The notes beneath the pieces were generated by a model. The model had not been told where the DNA came from, did no database searches, and saw only the letters and a list, made by a program, of their open reading frames with translations. The position numbers were made by a program, and so were the translations under genes. A stretch of 61,152 nt of DNA, counting the filler, from Basidiobolus ranarum (lineage: Eukaryota), in NCBI GenBank assembly GCA_040143965.1. It is 17 parts of 17 records of this genome, joined end to end, with 100 filler letters (N's around TTAATTAATTAA, not from the genome) between each part and the next. Parts side by side here need not be neighbours in the genome. Positions count along the whole stretch, not along the records: positions 21,672 to 25,175 come from JASJQH010009321.1; positions 25,276 to 28,777 come from JASJQH010009322.1; positions 28,878 to 32,379 come from JASJQH010009323.1; positions 32,480 to 35,980 come from JASJQH010009324.1; positions 36,081 to 39,580 come from JASJQH010009325.1; 12 more parts are not named here. One strand, given 5' to 3'. Below, one piece after another: positions 24,938 to 38,807 of the stretch; the first letter of the stretch is position 1, and the number at the start of each line of letters is the position of its first letter.

Positions 24938-25175
24938 ATGACTAGTAAAGGTTCACATCGAGTGAGAAACATAAGCATAGGGGTGGTGGTGGTGATTATT
25001 CTAGCGGTTGTGGGCGGACTGATTGGATATTTTGTTACACGCGACAAACACGCTTCTTCTTCCAATGCTATCACGTTGGATTCCAATTTACACATATCTA
25101 TTTGGGGAATCAACTACACGCCCTTGAACTCGCAATACCCATCTTGTGGAAGTAAACAGCAAGACATCACTGATG
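24938..25175 (+). CDS. Membrane-anchored GH17 beta-1,3-glucanase/transglucosylase (BtgC-like), 5' fragment
   Basis: TM helix IGVVVVIILAVVGGLIGYFV followed by NLHISIWGINYTPLNSQYPSCGSKQQDITD, resembling the G.dYTP...QYP.C...Q..vt.D start of BtgC-type GH17 domains. Cut by the contig end. Confidence 0.7.
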
Positions 25176-27518
25176 NNNNNNNNNNNNNNNNNNNNNNNNN
25201 NNNNNNNNNNNNNNNNNNNTTAATTAATTAANNNNNNNNNNNNNNNNNNNNNNNNNNNNNNNNNNNNNNNNNNNNATCGGAGTATATTCTTAACCTTGCG
25301 ACTTTTCATCAGGTATATTCTGGTGGTTCTCATTGCATTGTAAATTAGTAACAGCATCACTATATACAGCAAGAACTCCAAAGATTTATCATCTGTAGTT
25401 GAGCGCCACCAGCACTTATGGGTGTATAATATGAATATACTTTCCCTTTTATATAAAACCTTCGCTTAGAGAAGAGTCGTTAATATCTTCTTGCCACGAG
25501 TTATGACCTACGTACATGTAGTAGATTTTGCCTCGCCTTTGCCTTTAGACTGAAGGATTGCTTATTCTCAGTAATAAGGCGTATGTAAAACGGATTATGC
25601 ACATCTGCTGATATAGTCTAGATTATGATTTATAGCTTTGTGATAGCATTCAAATATTTATATAGTGAAGACGGCCTGACCGTTCTTTTCGGTACAATTA
25701 AAATATCCTTACGTGGTTTCTATTATTTGACTACTCAAGATAACGGAGTCAAAGTTATTCGAGCGTGTAATCGATCTGTCTGGTTGTGCTTCATTACTTG
25801 CGCCTGTTTTGATCTTCCCCAATGAGGATATTGTTAGTGTAGATTTTGAAAGTAATATTGGCAGAAAAGTATACCTAATATCAATTATGGAACTTGCTTG
25901 GATGTACAAGTACTTTCTTGATCTGTGTACTTCCCATCTAATATACTGACTTTGTTTTTAGTTAATTGTGTTTAATTTGCAAAAATATATTTATAATCGC
26001 TTTATTTCCGGAGATCACTTACCCTAAGTATTTCCGATGGTGTTAGGTATCATGACTGAACGGTGCTTTCTAAGTTGTCTCTTTTTACTTCCACTACGTC
26101 TCCCCTCTGCCTTTTAATTCCTATTCGATTGAAGAAGAATCATGAAAATATGATGAAAAGAGCCTCACAACAGCTTAAGCATACGATGGTGATTCCCGAC
26201 GTAGCGGTAACTATATATTATCAACAGTTGCACATCAAGGAAAAATGTACCCCCACTATCTCTATACCAGTCATATATCTAAAGTCAAGAAAAGCGTAGC
26301 CCATATCATCAGTAATACATTTCCTAAAATTCGATGAAAAGAGCATGTACAAAAAGGTATGTGGTTGACATGTCGGCATCTCTATAAAATTCTATTCTCC
26401 CGGAATGATAACGCCGACTTTGTACTGGTATCAATATTTTGGTATGGTGTTGAAGGATTAATTTTTATCCCTCTTCTTGTACAATCAAACTGTCCTTTGT
26501 TGCTTTCTGCTATCCAACTATCATTGTTTTGCCATGCACATTTCATATGCCATACATATATGGACTTGTGGTTACCATACCACTACTAACTTAACGCGTG
26601 TAGATTTTGGTCAGTATTCAACCTTTCACCTTGACTCTTGCGCCAAGTACAATTCAACAGCGGTCATTGTAGTTTTCGGCTTCAACATTGTTGCCTGCTG
26701 TATTTGCATTTGAATAACTGAGTTGCATATCGTCACTCAGAGTAGCAATTACTTATATACTCTTGATTTTCGAAATATATCATATAGGTGTTAATGTTGT
26801 AACCCGCTACTTCTAAACACATTACTTATAATTTTCATTTACCTTGAAAGTACTGGAGATACAGCGGTAAGTTACCTTCATTCCTGGAGTGACTGGATGA
26901 TTATTTTCTCTAATGATGCCCTATATAAGTCTTTATCTATCAAAAACGAATGATCCCCTGCCTCAGGATCGATGAAAATACAGTGGATGAATATATTCCC
27001 ATTGTCTCACAAGATCTAGGCTTGATCATTGTCAGATCTCCAACATAGTGGCAATCTTCTAAACAGAAGTAGAATATATGTTCTGTCCAGTTACTAAGAG
27101 AATGTTCCTCGAGGTACTCAACAGATTAATTTGCACCACCGTATCTCGTGCGCATATATATTCAAAGTTAGTTTCTTGATCGAGCATTCCTATGAACACG
27201 CAAGAAAAAGCAGGCGAAATAAGTGTTGCCTTCATCTTAGTATGAACGAAAATAATGCCATATTGATATAAAGTCTATTCTTCTCCTTAAACAGATTCTT
27301 TCTATATCCTCCGAGTTTATAATGAGTCATTTATCTAATTTCTTCTGCGAATTCCTTGAGAACCCAACAACCCCCCAGAAGTGTTATGATTTAGCCTACT
27401 TGTCGCTATTTTTTTCTTCTTCGGCCGTGCCTACATTTACTCTCGGACTGGTTCGTAAAACTGTTTGTTTTCATTTTTCAACACATCTACTGATATAACA
27501 TTAATTCTCGCAACATAG

Positions 27519-27842
27519 CTTTGGAACACCCTTCAAATCCTCGCGTATTGCAACAAACGCCCTCTACTATTCTTTTATGATTATGTTGCCTTATTACCAG
27601 CTTTCATCTGCTGTGTTCTGTTTTACAGATATAGAAATGACAAAGCAAGAGGTGTTCAAATTTATATACGATCGGTTTGGTGCTGCCTCACTATCACCAT
27701 CCTTTGCACCCTGACAAGTATTCATATCTTTTCAAATGAAGATTCGGTTTGCGAAGGCTTGAGTGACAACACTGAAATGGAAAAGCATACCAAATACCAA
27801 TACTTGTTTCTGATTTTATGGGCAAGTACTCTACTGATCTGA
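27519..27842 (+). pseudogene. Hydrophobic multi-TM protein exon or remnant of an unknown host family
   Basis: Open frame LWNTLQILAYCNKRPLLFFYDYVALLPAFICCVLFYRYRNDKARGVQIYIRSVWCCLTITILCTLTSIHIFSNEDSVCEGLSDNTEMEKHTKYQYLFLILWASTLLI*. In-frame homolog at 43279-43400; weak relative (RSVWLCFIT) near 25770. Confidence 0.45.
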
Positions 27843-27945
27843 ATTTTTCATCTATTTTGTTCACTCAACGTTCCGATAGATTTTTAGTGGTACTTCACTA
27901 GGGTTGAATTACCACTACTTTTGTCGTGCTATTGAATCTATCATT

Positions 27946-28362
27946 ATGCAACTGGAATTGAGCGACGCAGACAGAAAAACAGAGATTTTGGAAGCCCAAT
28001 TGAGCGACGTAAACAGAAAAATAGAGATTTTGAAAGCCCAAAACCTTCAGAAGAAAAATATCTTGAAAGCCAGAGTAGAAGAGCGTTTTAAACATGAATC
28101 GGCCGTCATCCAAAGAGAAAAGAGTGACATTGAGAGAAGAATTGAAATTTTGAAAGCCCAAATCTATCATAGTGTTAGCGACGTTGAAAGAAGAACCAAG
28201 ATCACCGAAATGAAAATCACCGAAATGGAATTGAGCGACATCAAGAGAAAAATCGAGATCAACAACAGAAGATTTGAGAATCTGACAGCCAGAATAGAAA
28301 ATTTCTGCTGTTTTCATAATCTTAAATCAGCATCTAATAGTAATGAGGAGAAGCAGTATTAA
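27946..28362 (+). CDS. Hypothetical coiled-coil protein with internal repeats
   Basis: Repeated LSDxxRK/RxEILxAQ units, visible at both DNA and protein level; no recognised domain. Confidence 0.4.
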   Translation: MQLELSDADRKTEILEAQLSDVNRKIEILKAQNLQKKNILKARVEERFKHESAVIQREKSDIERRIEILKAQIYHSVSDVERRTKITEMKITEMELSDIKRKIEINNRRFENLTARIENFCCFHNLKSASNSNEEKQY

Positions 28363-29789
28363 TGCATGCATTAGTCATTCATTAGTATGTGGTCTTGGCC
28401 TGTATATTTGACTCATGCTGTGTAACTTACCTATATTAAATATAAAAACTTATAAACCAGGTGTATACAATGCATCAACTTAATTTTACACTTGATATTT
28501 CTCCCTTGGTCTTACTGCTTAAGTACTGATTGTTTTCACTCTTAAAGCAGTGAAAACTTACTCTATTTCCCACCCAAGTAGATTCGACGGAATTCTTGTA
28601 TGACGTCAATTTTCTTAACAGAAGAATTGTCAGTCATGTAATCCAGGTATTATCTCAATTAAGCCCGCCATCCAGTATGTAATAAGTCCTGTTGAAATTA
28701 ATAAACATCCATTATGTAATACTGTTTATGTCCCTGCGTGAATTTCTATTTAGATTGACGTATAGCTTTGTGACAGTNNNNNNNNNNNNNNNNNNNNNNN
28801 NNNNNNNNNNNNNNNNNNNNNTTAATTAATTAANNNNNNNNNNNNNNNNNNNNNNNNNNNNNNNNNNNNNNNNNNNNGCACTTCAAATCAAACCCTGTTG
28901 GTCATCTACCTTCGAACTCAATTGTGTATTTGGATCGTCGCATTCCAATATCTGCATTCTTTGATGACACTTCGACATATTTTTTGGTCATTGTGCATAT
29001 TGCTTCCCGCCATATTTGCTCAGGTGTTAACGTAGCCATATCAACCGATATGACTGGCTTTGTTAAGTCTAGAGTTAAGACATGTTAAGAAAGAGTTAGC
29101 AAGCGATTAAGGTAAACAATAGATACGAGTAAACTTTATACACTTTTACTTGAGTGATTAATTATTAATTACAGGATATTCCAAGGTGTGCACCGAGTAT
29201 CATGTGTTTGTTCAATCCAGTTATTCAGCTAACTCTCTCAATATATTGTAGCCTCCATTTTGCCACAAATATGAGGTCGTAGTCAAATTGTTGTTGGCAT
29301 AGAGCAATCAGTTATCTGTCTAAATTCCATGTTCTAGAGCTAAGACACTAATACAATATCATCTCATGTAACCGGTACCATCAGCAGTGTAGCAGGTATG
29401 ATGTCTGAATCAATCTTTCGAAGAGATAAACTTGTTACTATTGTCGTTAATGATCTAGAAACATGATCTAGATACCTAATGTAGCAGGTTGCCGAGTTAC
29501 AAATTCATATACATGTTGAAGTTTGGTCCTCTGTAATTGCGTATTTAAATGGCTTTTCTGGATTTACCAACAAACTCAGCCACACTATATAGGCTTATAT
29601 TATCAACAAATGTTTGCATAACATTTAAACAGAGTACGCTGAGTTTGCATAACATTTAAACAGAGTACGCTGACAATGTTCCTTTTACAAATCACAAAAT
29701 ATAAAGCCAAGCCACATCCAATCGGTCAGGTCACATCAACATATTCTTCGTCATTTATTAGAAGTCCCTGGGACTTAATAAACTAACTC

Positions 29790-31260
29790 TACTTTAAGTA
29801 TTTTGTAATCGCTATATCTCGACACTACACCCTTCGTCACTTGTCAGTTGTATTTAACACTTAATGAAACGTGCTTTAAGTGTTTCCCGTGCCGGTCATT
29901 TCTTGGCACCGTACTCATCATCACTTATCAGTAGCGTCTAGCACTTTATAAACTCTCCTTTGAGCCTTTCCCGTTACCGGGCGTTTTTATCACCATACCC
30001 TTTGTCACTTGTCAGCAGTCCTTAAGACTCGTAAACTCTTTCACTTGTGTTTCCCATGCCTGCCGTTGGTTTTCACCATACCCTTTGTCACTGGTCAGCA
30101 GTCCTTACCACTTCGTAGACTCTTCTTTAGGTGTTTTCTATACCCTTCATTGTTGTCACCATACTCTCACTAATTTTTTAGGAGTCTTTAGCACTCAATA
30201 AACTCTTCTTGAAGTGTTTCATATACCGCTTAGTTTTTGACACCATGTTTTCTCTTCTTTCAATAGGTTTTCGCACTTTGTAGCACCTGCTTTGAATGTA
30301 TCCCAGCACTTTGTGGACTCTACTTTAAGTGCTTTCCATACCCATGGTTTCTTGGCACCATACTCTGTTTCCCATACCAGTAGCTTCTTGGCACCATACG
30401 CTTCGTCATTTGTCAGTAGTCTTTATCTACATACCTGCCGTTTCTTGACACCATTCCCTTTGGCATTTTCAGTGGTCTTTAGCTGCTCGTAGACTCTACT
30501 TTAAGTGTTCCCATACTTGTCATTTCTTGGCACCATACCCTTCATCGCTTGTCAGTAGCCTTCAGCACTGCCTAAACACTCTTTTAAATGTTTTCTGTAC
30601 GAGTTGTTTTATTATTACCGTACCCTTCGTCGTTTTCAGTAGTCTTTAGCACATCTTTACCACTTTATTAGCTTTCCTTTAAATGTTTCCCATACCCGTC
30701 GTTTGTGGCACCATACTCTTCATCATTTGTGAGTGATTTTAGCTCTCCGTATAATCTCCTATAAGTGTCTCCCATACCCGTCATTTGTGGCACCATACTC
30801 TTCATCGTTTGTCAGTGGTCTTTAGCTCTCTGTAAACTCTCCTTTGAGTATTTCCCATACCGCTTATTCCTTGGCACCATACCCTTTCGTTAACTTTCAT
30901 TGTTTCCAAGTAGTCTTTACCACTTCATAGCCTCTTTGATCTTTAGCTCTCCGTATACTACCCTATAAGTGTTTCCCATACCCGTCGTTTTTGGCACTCT
31001 ACTCTTCATCATTTGTCAGTGGTCGGTAGCACTTCATAAACTCTCCATTAAGTGTTTCACATACCCGCTGTTTGTTATCACCATACGCTTTGTCACTTGT
31101 CAGCAGTCTTTAGACTTAGTAGACTTTCCTTTAAGTGTTTCCCACATCCGACGTTTATTATCACCACACTGTTTGTCATTCGTCAGTAAGTTTTAGCACC
31201 TCATAGACTCTCCTCCAAGTGTTTCCCATACCTGTCGTCTGTGGTCACCTTACCCTTTGT
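29790..31260. repeat. Degenerate tandem array of roughly 17 units of about 84 bp
   Basis: Approximate consensus CCCATACCCGTCATTTCTTGGCACCATACCCTTCGTCACTTGTCAGTAGTCTTTAGCACTTCATAAACTCTCCTTTAAGTGTTT. Unit starts at 30689, 30771 and 30854, for example. Confidence 0.85.
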
Positions 31261-31731
31261 TTTTGCTTCAATTTTAACCCTATTATTAGTCTAATTCTCC
31301 AACCATATAGAATATTCTAGTAGTTTCTACCTATCACTAGCGCCGGTGGTCTTGTTGCTTTTAATCCAGAAATTTGTACGTATTTACAACAGTATATGAT
31401 CTAACAGGCTATTCCTTGATCTGTTAATAACATGAATATCGAAATATCCGATTGAAAAGCAATTTATTCACCTGAAAGATGATGAACAGAATATTTCAAG
31501 GTGTTAACAAAGTATCATACCGGGTTTAAATGATTTGCATAACATCGGGACAGAGTTTATAGCTAACTTTTATAATTAGCATTGGATCTATCTATACGCT
31601 AGTATATTGGTAGATGTTATGGTAAGCGCTAGTAGATGTTATGGTAAGCGCTAGTATAATGGTAGATGTTATGGTTAGTGTTGCTTATTCACTAAATCAG
31701 TGTTTTAAGTTTGATATACCGCCTATCTCAA

Positions 31732-31828
31732 TATAAATACTAACGAACATGAATGCAGAAGTATATAAATACTAACGAACAAGAATGCAGAAGTAAATAA
31801 ATACTAACGAACATGAATGCAGAAGTAT
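31732..31828. repeat. Three near-perfect 32-bp tandem units TATAAATACTAACGAACATGAATGCAGAAGTA
   Basis: Directly visible. The same contig also has a 31-bp duplication at about 29612-29673 and GTAGATGTTATGGT repeats at about 31600-31680. Confidence 0.9.
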
Positions 31829-32811
31829 ATTAAAGAATATATACAAATATGCATATCACACTTAGACCTACTCCTCATCTCAGTATTACTTGCTAAAGTT
31901 TCCGTGGCAGTTCCCTCTGCCAGATACTCTAATTGTCGTAGAAAATCAATGTTTTCAGAACAATTGCCAGATAAAAATTCCTCTGTTGAGCAACCAGCAA
32001 GTGTTGAAGGTCAACCAGAGCCAGTTCCATTGCTAAAGCAAGTATTCACTACTGTAACCCGGAAACATGATGACTTGAACAATTCGAATATCAATAGCCA
32101 AGGAAATTCTGACTACTTGATCATGTCCAAGGGAATGCTGCAAAAGCAGGCCATACTCCATAAATCAAGCAGAGACAATAGATCAAAGATTAAATCGGCC
32201 TTCATAGGCCATTGAACAAGAACCGCCCTCTTCACCAGATGAACTGGACGAGCCTAAATCTTCAGGCTCAAGGTGTAGAAGCTGTGATTGAAAATATAAT
32301 ACGTCACTTACTAATACATTTGCCCTCACCTAATGGTTACTTTGTAGTCATTAATATCCAATATGAAGCAATAAATTATNNNNNNNNNNNNNNNNNNNNN
32401 NNNNNNNNNNNNNNNNNNNNNNNTTAATTAATTAANNNNNNNNNNNNNNNNNNNNNNNNNNNNNNNNNNNNNNNNNNNNAGCATTGTAGCAGGAAAGTAT
32501 AGAGGAAAATCATTTTGTGGGCCTCAATCAAAGTTAGGCAAAGTAGTCAAAATCTTGATTAATTCTCAATACATCCATACTCAAAGATATTCATTGAGAG
32601 CTCTAGACTTAAGACACTATGAATAAAGCTTTCATTATCTTTTGAATGTGCAATAATATCTAAAAGTACTTTTCTTAAACATACCACATAAGTAAAATAA
32701 ACTATTTCCAAAATGGTAAATAACATTGTGCCGGATAGTGCACAATCATGCCAATTTGATCTGGCACACTCTTTAGCTGGCCTGATCTGGCTCAATAAAA
32801 TGGAACAAGTC

Positions 32812-33122
32812 TATTGTTTATTGTCCAGAAATAAAGCATATATACATTTTGGTGGAAATACAGAAAACTGACACTGGGGTTGTGTTCAGAACATCTATGG
32901 GAGTAAAATGAGCTCTCTTTGGGGCATTTTGGACAAGTTTGAAATTTCCAATATGGAATAGCTAATTCTCACATTATTCACATATATATATGATATATGT
33001 TCTAATTTGCAGCTAAGTGATATTTGACTAAGTATTGTTAGCTAACTTATATGTGATATATGAAATAGTTAGGTGTATAAAGATAGAGATAACAAACATC
33101 ATAAAGACTTTAAACCTCAACA
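32812..33122 (-). repeat. Family B LTR copy
   Basis: Collinear with about 22005-22317. Other partial copies at about 35828-35980, 36140-36196, 39681-39790 and 57661-57751. Confidence 0.85.
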
Positions 33123-34053
33123 TTTGTAGTCCCTAGTGTTGTGTCCAAGAGAAAAGTGGATAAAAAGTCCTGAATTTTTTGAACCAAAGAAACAGTCAAG
33201 TGCAGAATCTTGGAACTGTTGAAGCAGGATATATTAGCAGACCAGATCTATGTAATATATGTCTTGGGAATAGCAGTGGGTTGCTATGTTATGATAGAGA
33301 GTAGGTTTGCTAGGCTAGGTGTTCCATAAGTGCTAGTGGATACTAGGCTTGGACAGAAATGAAAGGGGAATGTTGAATTTGTTAAGGCACACTGAGAAGT
33401 GTTGAGATCCTATGTCCATTGAGACACACACCAAACCAAAAGGCTCAGTTAGCTTTATTTTTACTCTTTGATAGCAAAGTAAATTAGTCGGCATCAAGAT
33501 ATTATATGACTAATTCTGATACAAGAAAATGTGATTGGACAGATAGATAGATAGATAAGTGAGTCATGCATCAGCTGAAGTCTTGGCAGTAAAAGATCCA
33601 TGGTTTTGAATCTTGTGACTCATATTGACTTGTGTCTAGGCAGATAACTCAGAGTTTAATACTGATTGAATAATGATCATGTAATTGGTCATAGAATCTG
33701 ATAGAAGGGATAAGAGAATAGATAGTTAGTCATGTGATAAGTCACATGAAAGAGTCACTGGATAAGGTCAGGTGACTAGTTAGTGATGATGATACACTAA
33801 ATAGATATTCATGCAAGTTGTATAGATATGGCATAAGTTAAACAACTTCTTATGTTGGGGCACAACATCTAGCACCCCAACACTTGAACTTGCTGCAATA
33901 TATTACCTATTCAGCTGATTATGTTTCATCCTGCAATATCTATATAAGCTCTCTGCTTTCCTTGATCTGACTGAGGTCTGATCAATGCCAGTCATCAATA
34001 AAGATTCTTGCCAAAGATTCTTCCCTGTCCAGTCCTGTCTTGTCTGGCCTTGT

Positions 34054-34867
34054 GGCAAATTGGGAAGAGATATTGAAGACAGGAGATCTACAACAGGATA
34101 CATATTTCTTTGCTGTAAAGGAGCTATTTCTTGGAATTCAAAAAAACAACCTACCATAGCACTTTCAACAACAGAAGCTGAATACATAGCTGCCTTTGAA
34201 GCAACAAAAGAAGCAACATGGTTGTGAAAACTCTTAACCAATTTAAGTTATCCTCAAAATTCACCAAATACAATATTTTAAGATCATCAAAGTTGTATCA
34301 AATTAGCTAAAAATCCCATGTTTCATAATAGAAGCAAATATATAGATATAGGCATCACTTTATTAGTGAGACTATAGAGAATAAGTTAATTGACTTAACT
34401 TATTGTTCTACAGAAGACATGATTGTTGATATATTAATCAAACCATTAGCTAGACAGAAATTTGGAAAATTTGGACCTTAATTAGGTTTAGTTTATATGA
34501 CTATTTAGTTGAGGGAGAGTGTTGAAATTAGCATTGCCTAAGCACCTATATAGTCATATATAGCTTAGTACTTAGTTGTCTTGTAGTTCACTAAGATGTC
34601 ATCCATTATTCTTGATGGGAGTTTACTTGGAATATTTTTACCAACTTAGAAGTTCTCAGATATATAGATTTTTCAAACTTGTGGTAGAAGCCCTAAACTT
34701 TGCACGCATGTTCCTGGGACCTTCCTTAACATATTCTACATGTTTGTTTGCTTACATCTTGGCAAAACTGTTAATGTCCACTTTCTACTGTATAGATCCT
34801 CAGGTGAACAGCACCAACTCCTCTAATTCTCCAAACCAATTCCAAGAAGCTCCCAAATACTTTGACT
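34054..34867 (+). mobile_element. Copia RNase H with PPT and family A LTR (34520-34867)
   Basis: [13 protein letters not shown]...[25 protein letters not shown] homologous to 16538-16887. Confidence 0.92.
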
Positions 34868-37108
34868 GATTTGAGCCTATTTTCAAAAAACTGAAGACTA
34901 GGCATCACTTCAAAGGTTCTTGACTTGTTTTCTGTGGCATATCCTGGGTTTTGCAAGCAAATGGCAATTGAGCTACTATAGGCCTATTCACAAGACATCT
35001 CAAAAATGTACATAATTTTTGACTTGGAAAAGAGAAAATGGCAGCTAAAGTGGTGCTCAAGAAGCTGGAAGTTAGTAAGCCCAAGGGAAAAGTAAAGGAG
35101 CCTGTTGTTGTTGGCTCTACTGTCCCACTTGCTGATATTTTCACCCCATTATAAAGAGCTATATTTCCTGAGTTGGGCATCCATTGATTTTACCATGTAA
35201 CTAAAAACAACAGTTGGAGGAGTTCAAAAGTCAGAAGTGAATCCAACACCATGCACCTCTCAGCAAGCTGAAATTCCAACAAATAAAACTCATGGTGCTC
35301 CAACCTCACCTGGTATCTTTCAAAGTATTGAAAACAGCACCCAAACTTAAGGGGAAGCAAAACATTGCCCAGATACTACAAAGCACACTGAGCAGTGTCA
35401 CACTACAATGATGTAAAAATTAGTAAAAGTTCTTGAAGAGTACTTTCATAAGTATAAAGGGAAAGACATAGTGCAAGTAAGCATCAAGTGGTTCAGAAGA
35501 ATATTCAATTTGACATTCAGTCTGGTGTTAAATATGTAGATATCTGGGATGAACATAATATAAAGTGGCACAATATTGCAGGATATCTGCCAAAAAGCTC
35601 AGAGAATGTTAATTCAAGAACATTAAATCAATTGTAGGCTCTGATGGAGATAATGATATGATCTTATGTTAGATATGAGCTAAACCATGGGTATGAAGTA
35701 CTTAATAGCAATATTCAGGAGAATAAATCAAGGAAACTATTGATTTTGAAGGTGACAAATTAGCATTCAAGTGGTTAACATGTAAAGATTGGGTTATGCT
35801 TTTCATACATGCAATGATCCATAGTTTAATGGGAAAATATGGGCTGTTTGGAGGAACTTTAGAAAAGCAGAGTTGTGAATAGCTTTGTGAGATAATTGTT
35901 TATTGTCCAGAAATAAAGCATTTATACTTTTTGGTGGAAATACAGAAAACTAACACTGGGGTTGTGTTCAGAACATCTGTNNNNNNNNNNNNNNNNNNNN
36001 NNNNNNNNNNNNNNNNNNNNNNNNTTAATTAATTAANNNNNNNNNNNNNNNNNNNNNNNNNNNNNNNNNNNNNNNNNNNNTTAGACTAGTATTTAAGCTA
36101 AATAAAGTCCACACCATCTGGTGCTTTTCATCCCCCTAATACCCTTCACAACTCCACTTTTCTAAAGTTCCTCCAAACAGCCCATATTTTTCCAATACTA
36201 TCCCCCTGACTGTTTCCTTGGTTCAGTAGAGTTAAAGACTTTTTATCTACTTTTCTCTTGGACATAGCACTGATCATTATGGGATCATCTATAGCCAAGC
36301 CTGAACACTAAGAAGCAAACCAATCAAGGAAGCCACTTGATATTTTGAGAAGGAAAATCATTACCCACATTGGGGGTATCTACTAAAGTGTGATATGTGC
36401 AATTCAGGATTAGAGCATAAATGTCTGTTGTTGATAGAGTTAACTATAAAGGACTTTGAACCTAGCTCCATTACCCCCAATTCTCCACACCTGCAAGTCA
36501 AAATTCTTATGTCAGGTGTCTACGTTTGAATTTTTACTTAAAGCAGAACAAAACAAGAATTAGATATCTCAAATAGGAGATTAGTTAGCTCTTAAAGGAT
36601 TCTTTGTTTAAGTCTGTTACTGGTTTGAACAAAGATTACACCACCTAGTGTGCTTTCATCCCCCTCCAAGTCTAAAAAAATATGTTAAGAATACTGCCTT
36701 AAATATCGATTTATCAAAGTTATTACAAATCAAGTTCTCATCAGTTGGTGATTTTCGTCCTCTCTGACTTTACCACTACATACTTGAAGTACTAATTGCT
36801 CTAAAAACCTAACCGTATATGAATATCAATAACCAAGTATCTAATAGTATTGTTGGCGTTTAGCTCATTAGCATAGCGGAACACAAGAAATCCAAATGAT
36901 GCTCTTTGAATTGGCATTACAATCCATCAACCAATGCAAGAAGCTTCGTTACTCTTGTATCCTGCAGGATTTATCGAGCCTTTCATCAGAAACTCTGATA
37001 CACAAACACATAATATTTTATACTGATGGCTTACATGAAACTTTCTAACATTGAATTCACTAACAGATAACAATACTCACTGCTTTATCTCATCGAGTGG
37101 CATCAGTA

Positions 37109-38807
37109 TCAAGCAGAAGGGCCACGTGTAACATTTACCTCAGTGGTCTTCCCGAACATACTGTCAGTATAGCCAAGAACTTCATTTAACACACCCTCTT
37201 TGTATTCTGTCAAGTTCGCCTTTCCCATTGCGGTCGAGATCTTAGCGGCACTGCGAAGGAAGCGGTCTTGAGCGATGATCCAATCAGCACCAACCAGCTT
37301 TCGATCTCTCTTTTTAAATTGTCCATCCACTATGACATGCTCAATATCTCCTGTATTTGAGTGCAGCACAATGGCTGCGACAGCATCCTTCCATCCCAAC
37401 AGGCCTGGTCTATTGGTGTCGAAAACTACTAGATCAGCCTTTGCACCAACCTTTAAGACGCCAATATCATCTCTTCTCAGAGCAAGGCCACCATTCCTGG
37501 TTCCCATTAAAAAAGCTTGATCGACCGTCATACCGCTATTCGAGGGCATTCGGCCTTGCTCAATAACCATGTCATACATTGTAAGCCTCGTAGTTTGTAA
37601 ATTGATCCTCATCTGAGTAATGATGTCGGTGGAGAACGCAATATGGGTATCTACTCCAAGTGATCCCTGGTCCTGAATACTGTAACTATAGGGATGTCCA
37701 TGACCGTAATGCATCTCCGATTCGGAAGTTGTGGATATATATTGATTGGCTCTACGAAGAAGTTCTATTTCTTGTGGGGTAATGTAAGAAGCATGAGAGA
37801 ATATAATAGGTGTTTCAATATCCAAGAGGTTGTATTTGTCCAACACTTCTACGGAATGAAAACCATCTGGTAAAAGTATTAGCATAAATGTGATGAAATG
37901 CTCGGTGTGAATTAGGCCTGACATACCTTGAAATATTCCCCCCATATAGTGGGTTGTGATAAGTGATAGATTTTGCTTTCTGTTTTGATGTAGATGAGTT
38001 AGTGGGGAAATGATACGAAAGAAAGAATTCCATGATATCATACTTTGCGAAATCGAATATACTGACAACCTGTTCCTCGGGTAGGCTCAACTGATCATAT
38101 GCGAGGCCGATATTCACTCGGCCACCACTTAAGGGCTGATTTGTAGCCATTTCTGTAATCTGAGCAAGCTGCCACGATGTAGTATTTTTATCCAGTACAT
38201 ATGGGTTACTCTGAATGGGAACCGGTTGAACCGCGTAGCACCACCAAATGCGATTTCCACTATCAATAGAGGCTTGAAGCCCCGCCTGAGCTGTTTCCTT
38301 TGACCAGATATGATGTGCGTGATCTACAATGCTGGTTACGCCGGCATCAATAGCCTCGTACAGTCCCATGAGCTGTCCTATGTAGACATCTTCAGCATCG
38401 AATATTTGTGCAGCTGGACCGAATTGACTAAATGTGTACATATATTGGTCCAGAGCGGCATTTCCCCCCTGTGTACGGAAAGCAGTCTGCCAACCATGGC
38501 GATGCGTATCAACAAACCCAGGAGTGACAATTCGGCCTGTAACATTGACAATTTCGGTATGGGGAGGGATATCTGTGACGATGGCGCCGATTTCGGCTAT
38601 AGCATTATTGATGATTAGCAGAGAACCATGGATTACCTCAAGAGAAGCCGTTGTCTCATTGTAGGTAATGAAAGTTCCTCCTTGAAGAAGGATAGCAGTG
38701 TTAGTGGAGCCCTCAGATAATCCCTGTCTCTTGAGGATTGGAGAAGCCTGGGTTGCTAAAGAAAGGAGCGCTAGTATTGATTGAAGCGCGGCTAGTATTC
38801 TAAGCAT
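37109..38807 (-). CDS. Amidohydrolase-family metalloenzyme (MTA/SAH deaminase-like) with N-terminal signal peptide, three exons
   Basis: PGFVDTHRH metal motif, GVTSIVDHAH, FSHA, SEMHYGHG, LGVDT, IGVLKVGAKADLVV. Introns at about 38043-37980 and 37926-37867 (GT-AG). N-terminus MLRILAALQSILALLSLATQA. Confidence 0.9.

Noticed and set aside
29790-31830. CRISPR-like array
   Set aside because: Units vary along their whole length with no constant-repeat/unique-spacer pattern, the 32-bp units are contiguous, and there are no cas genes.
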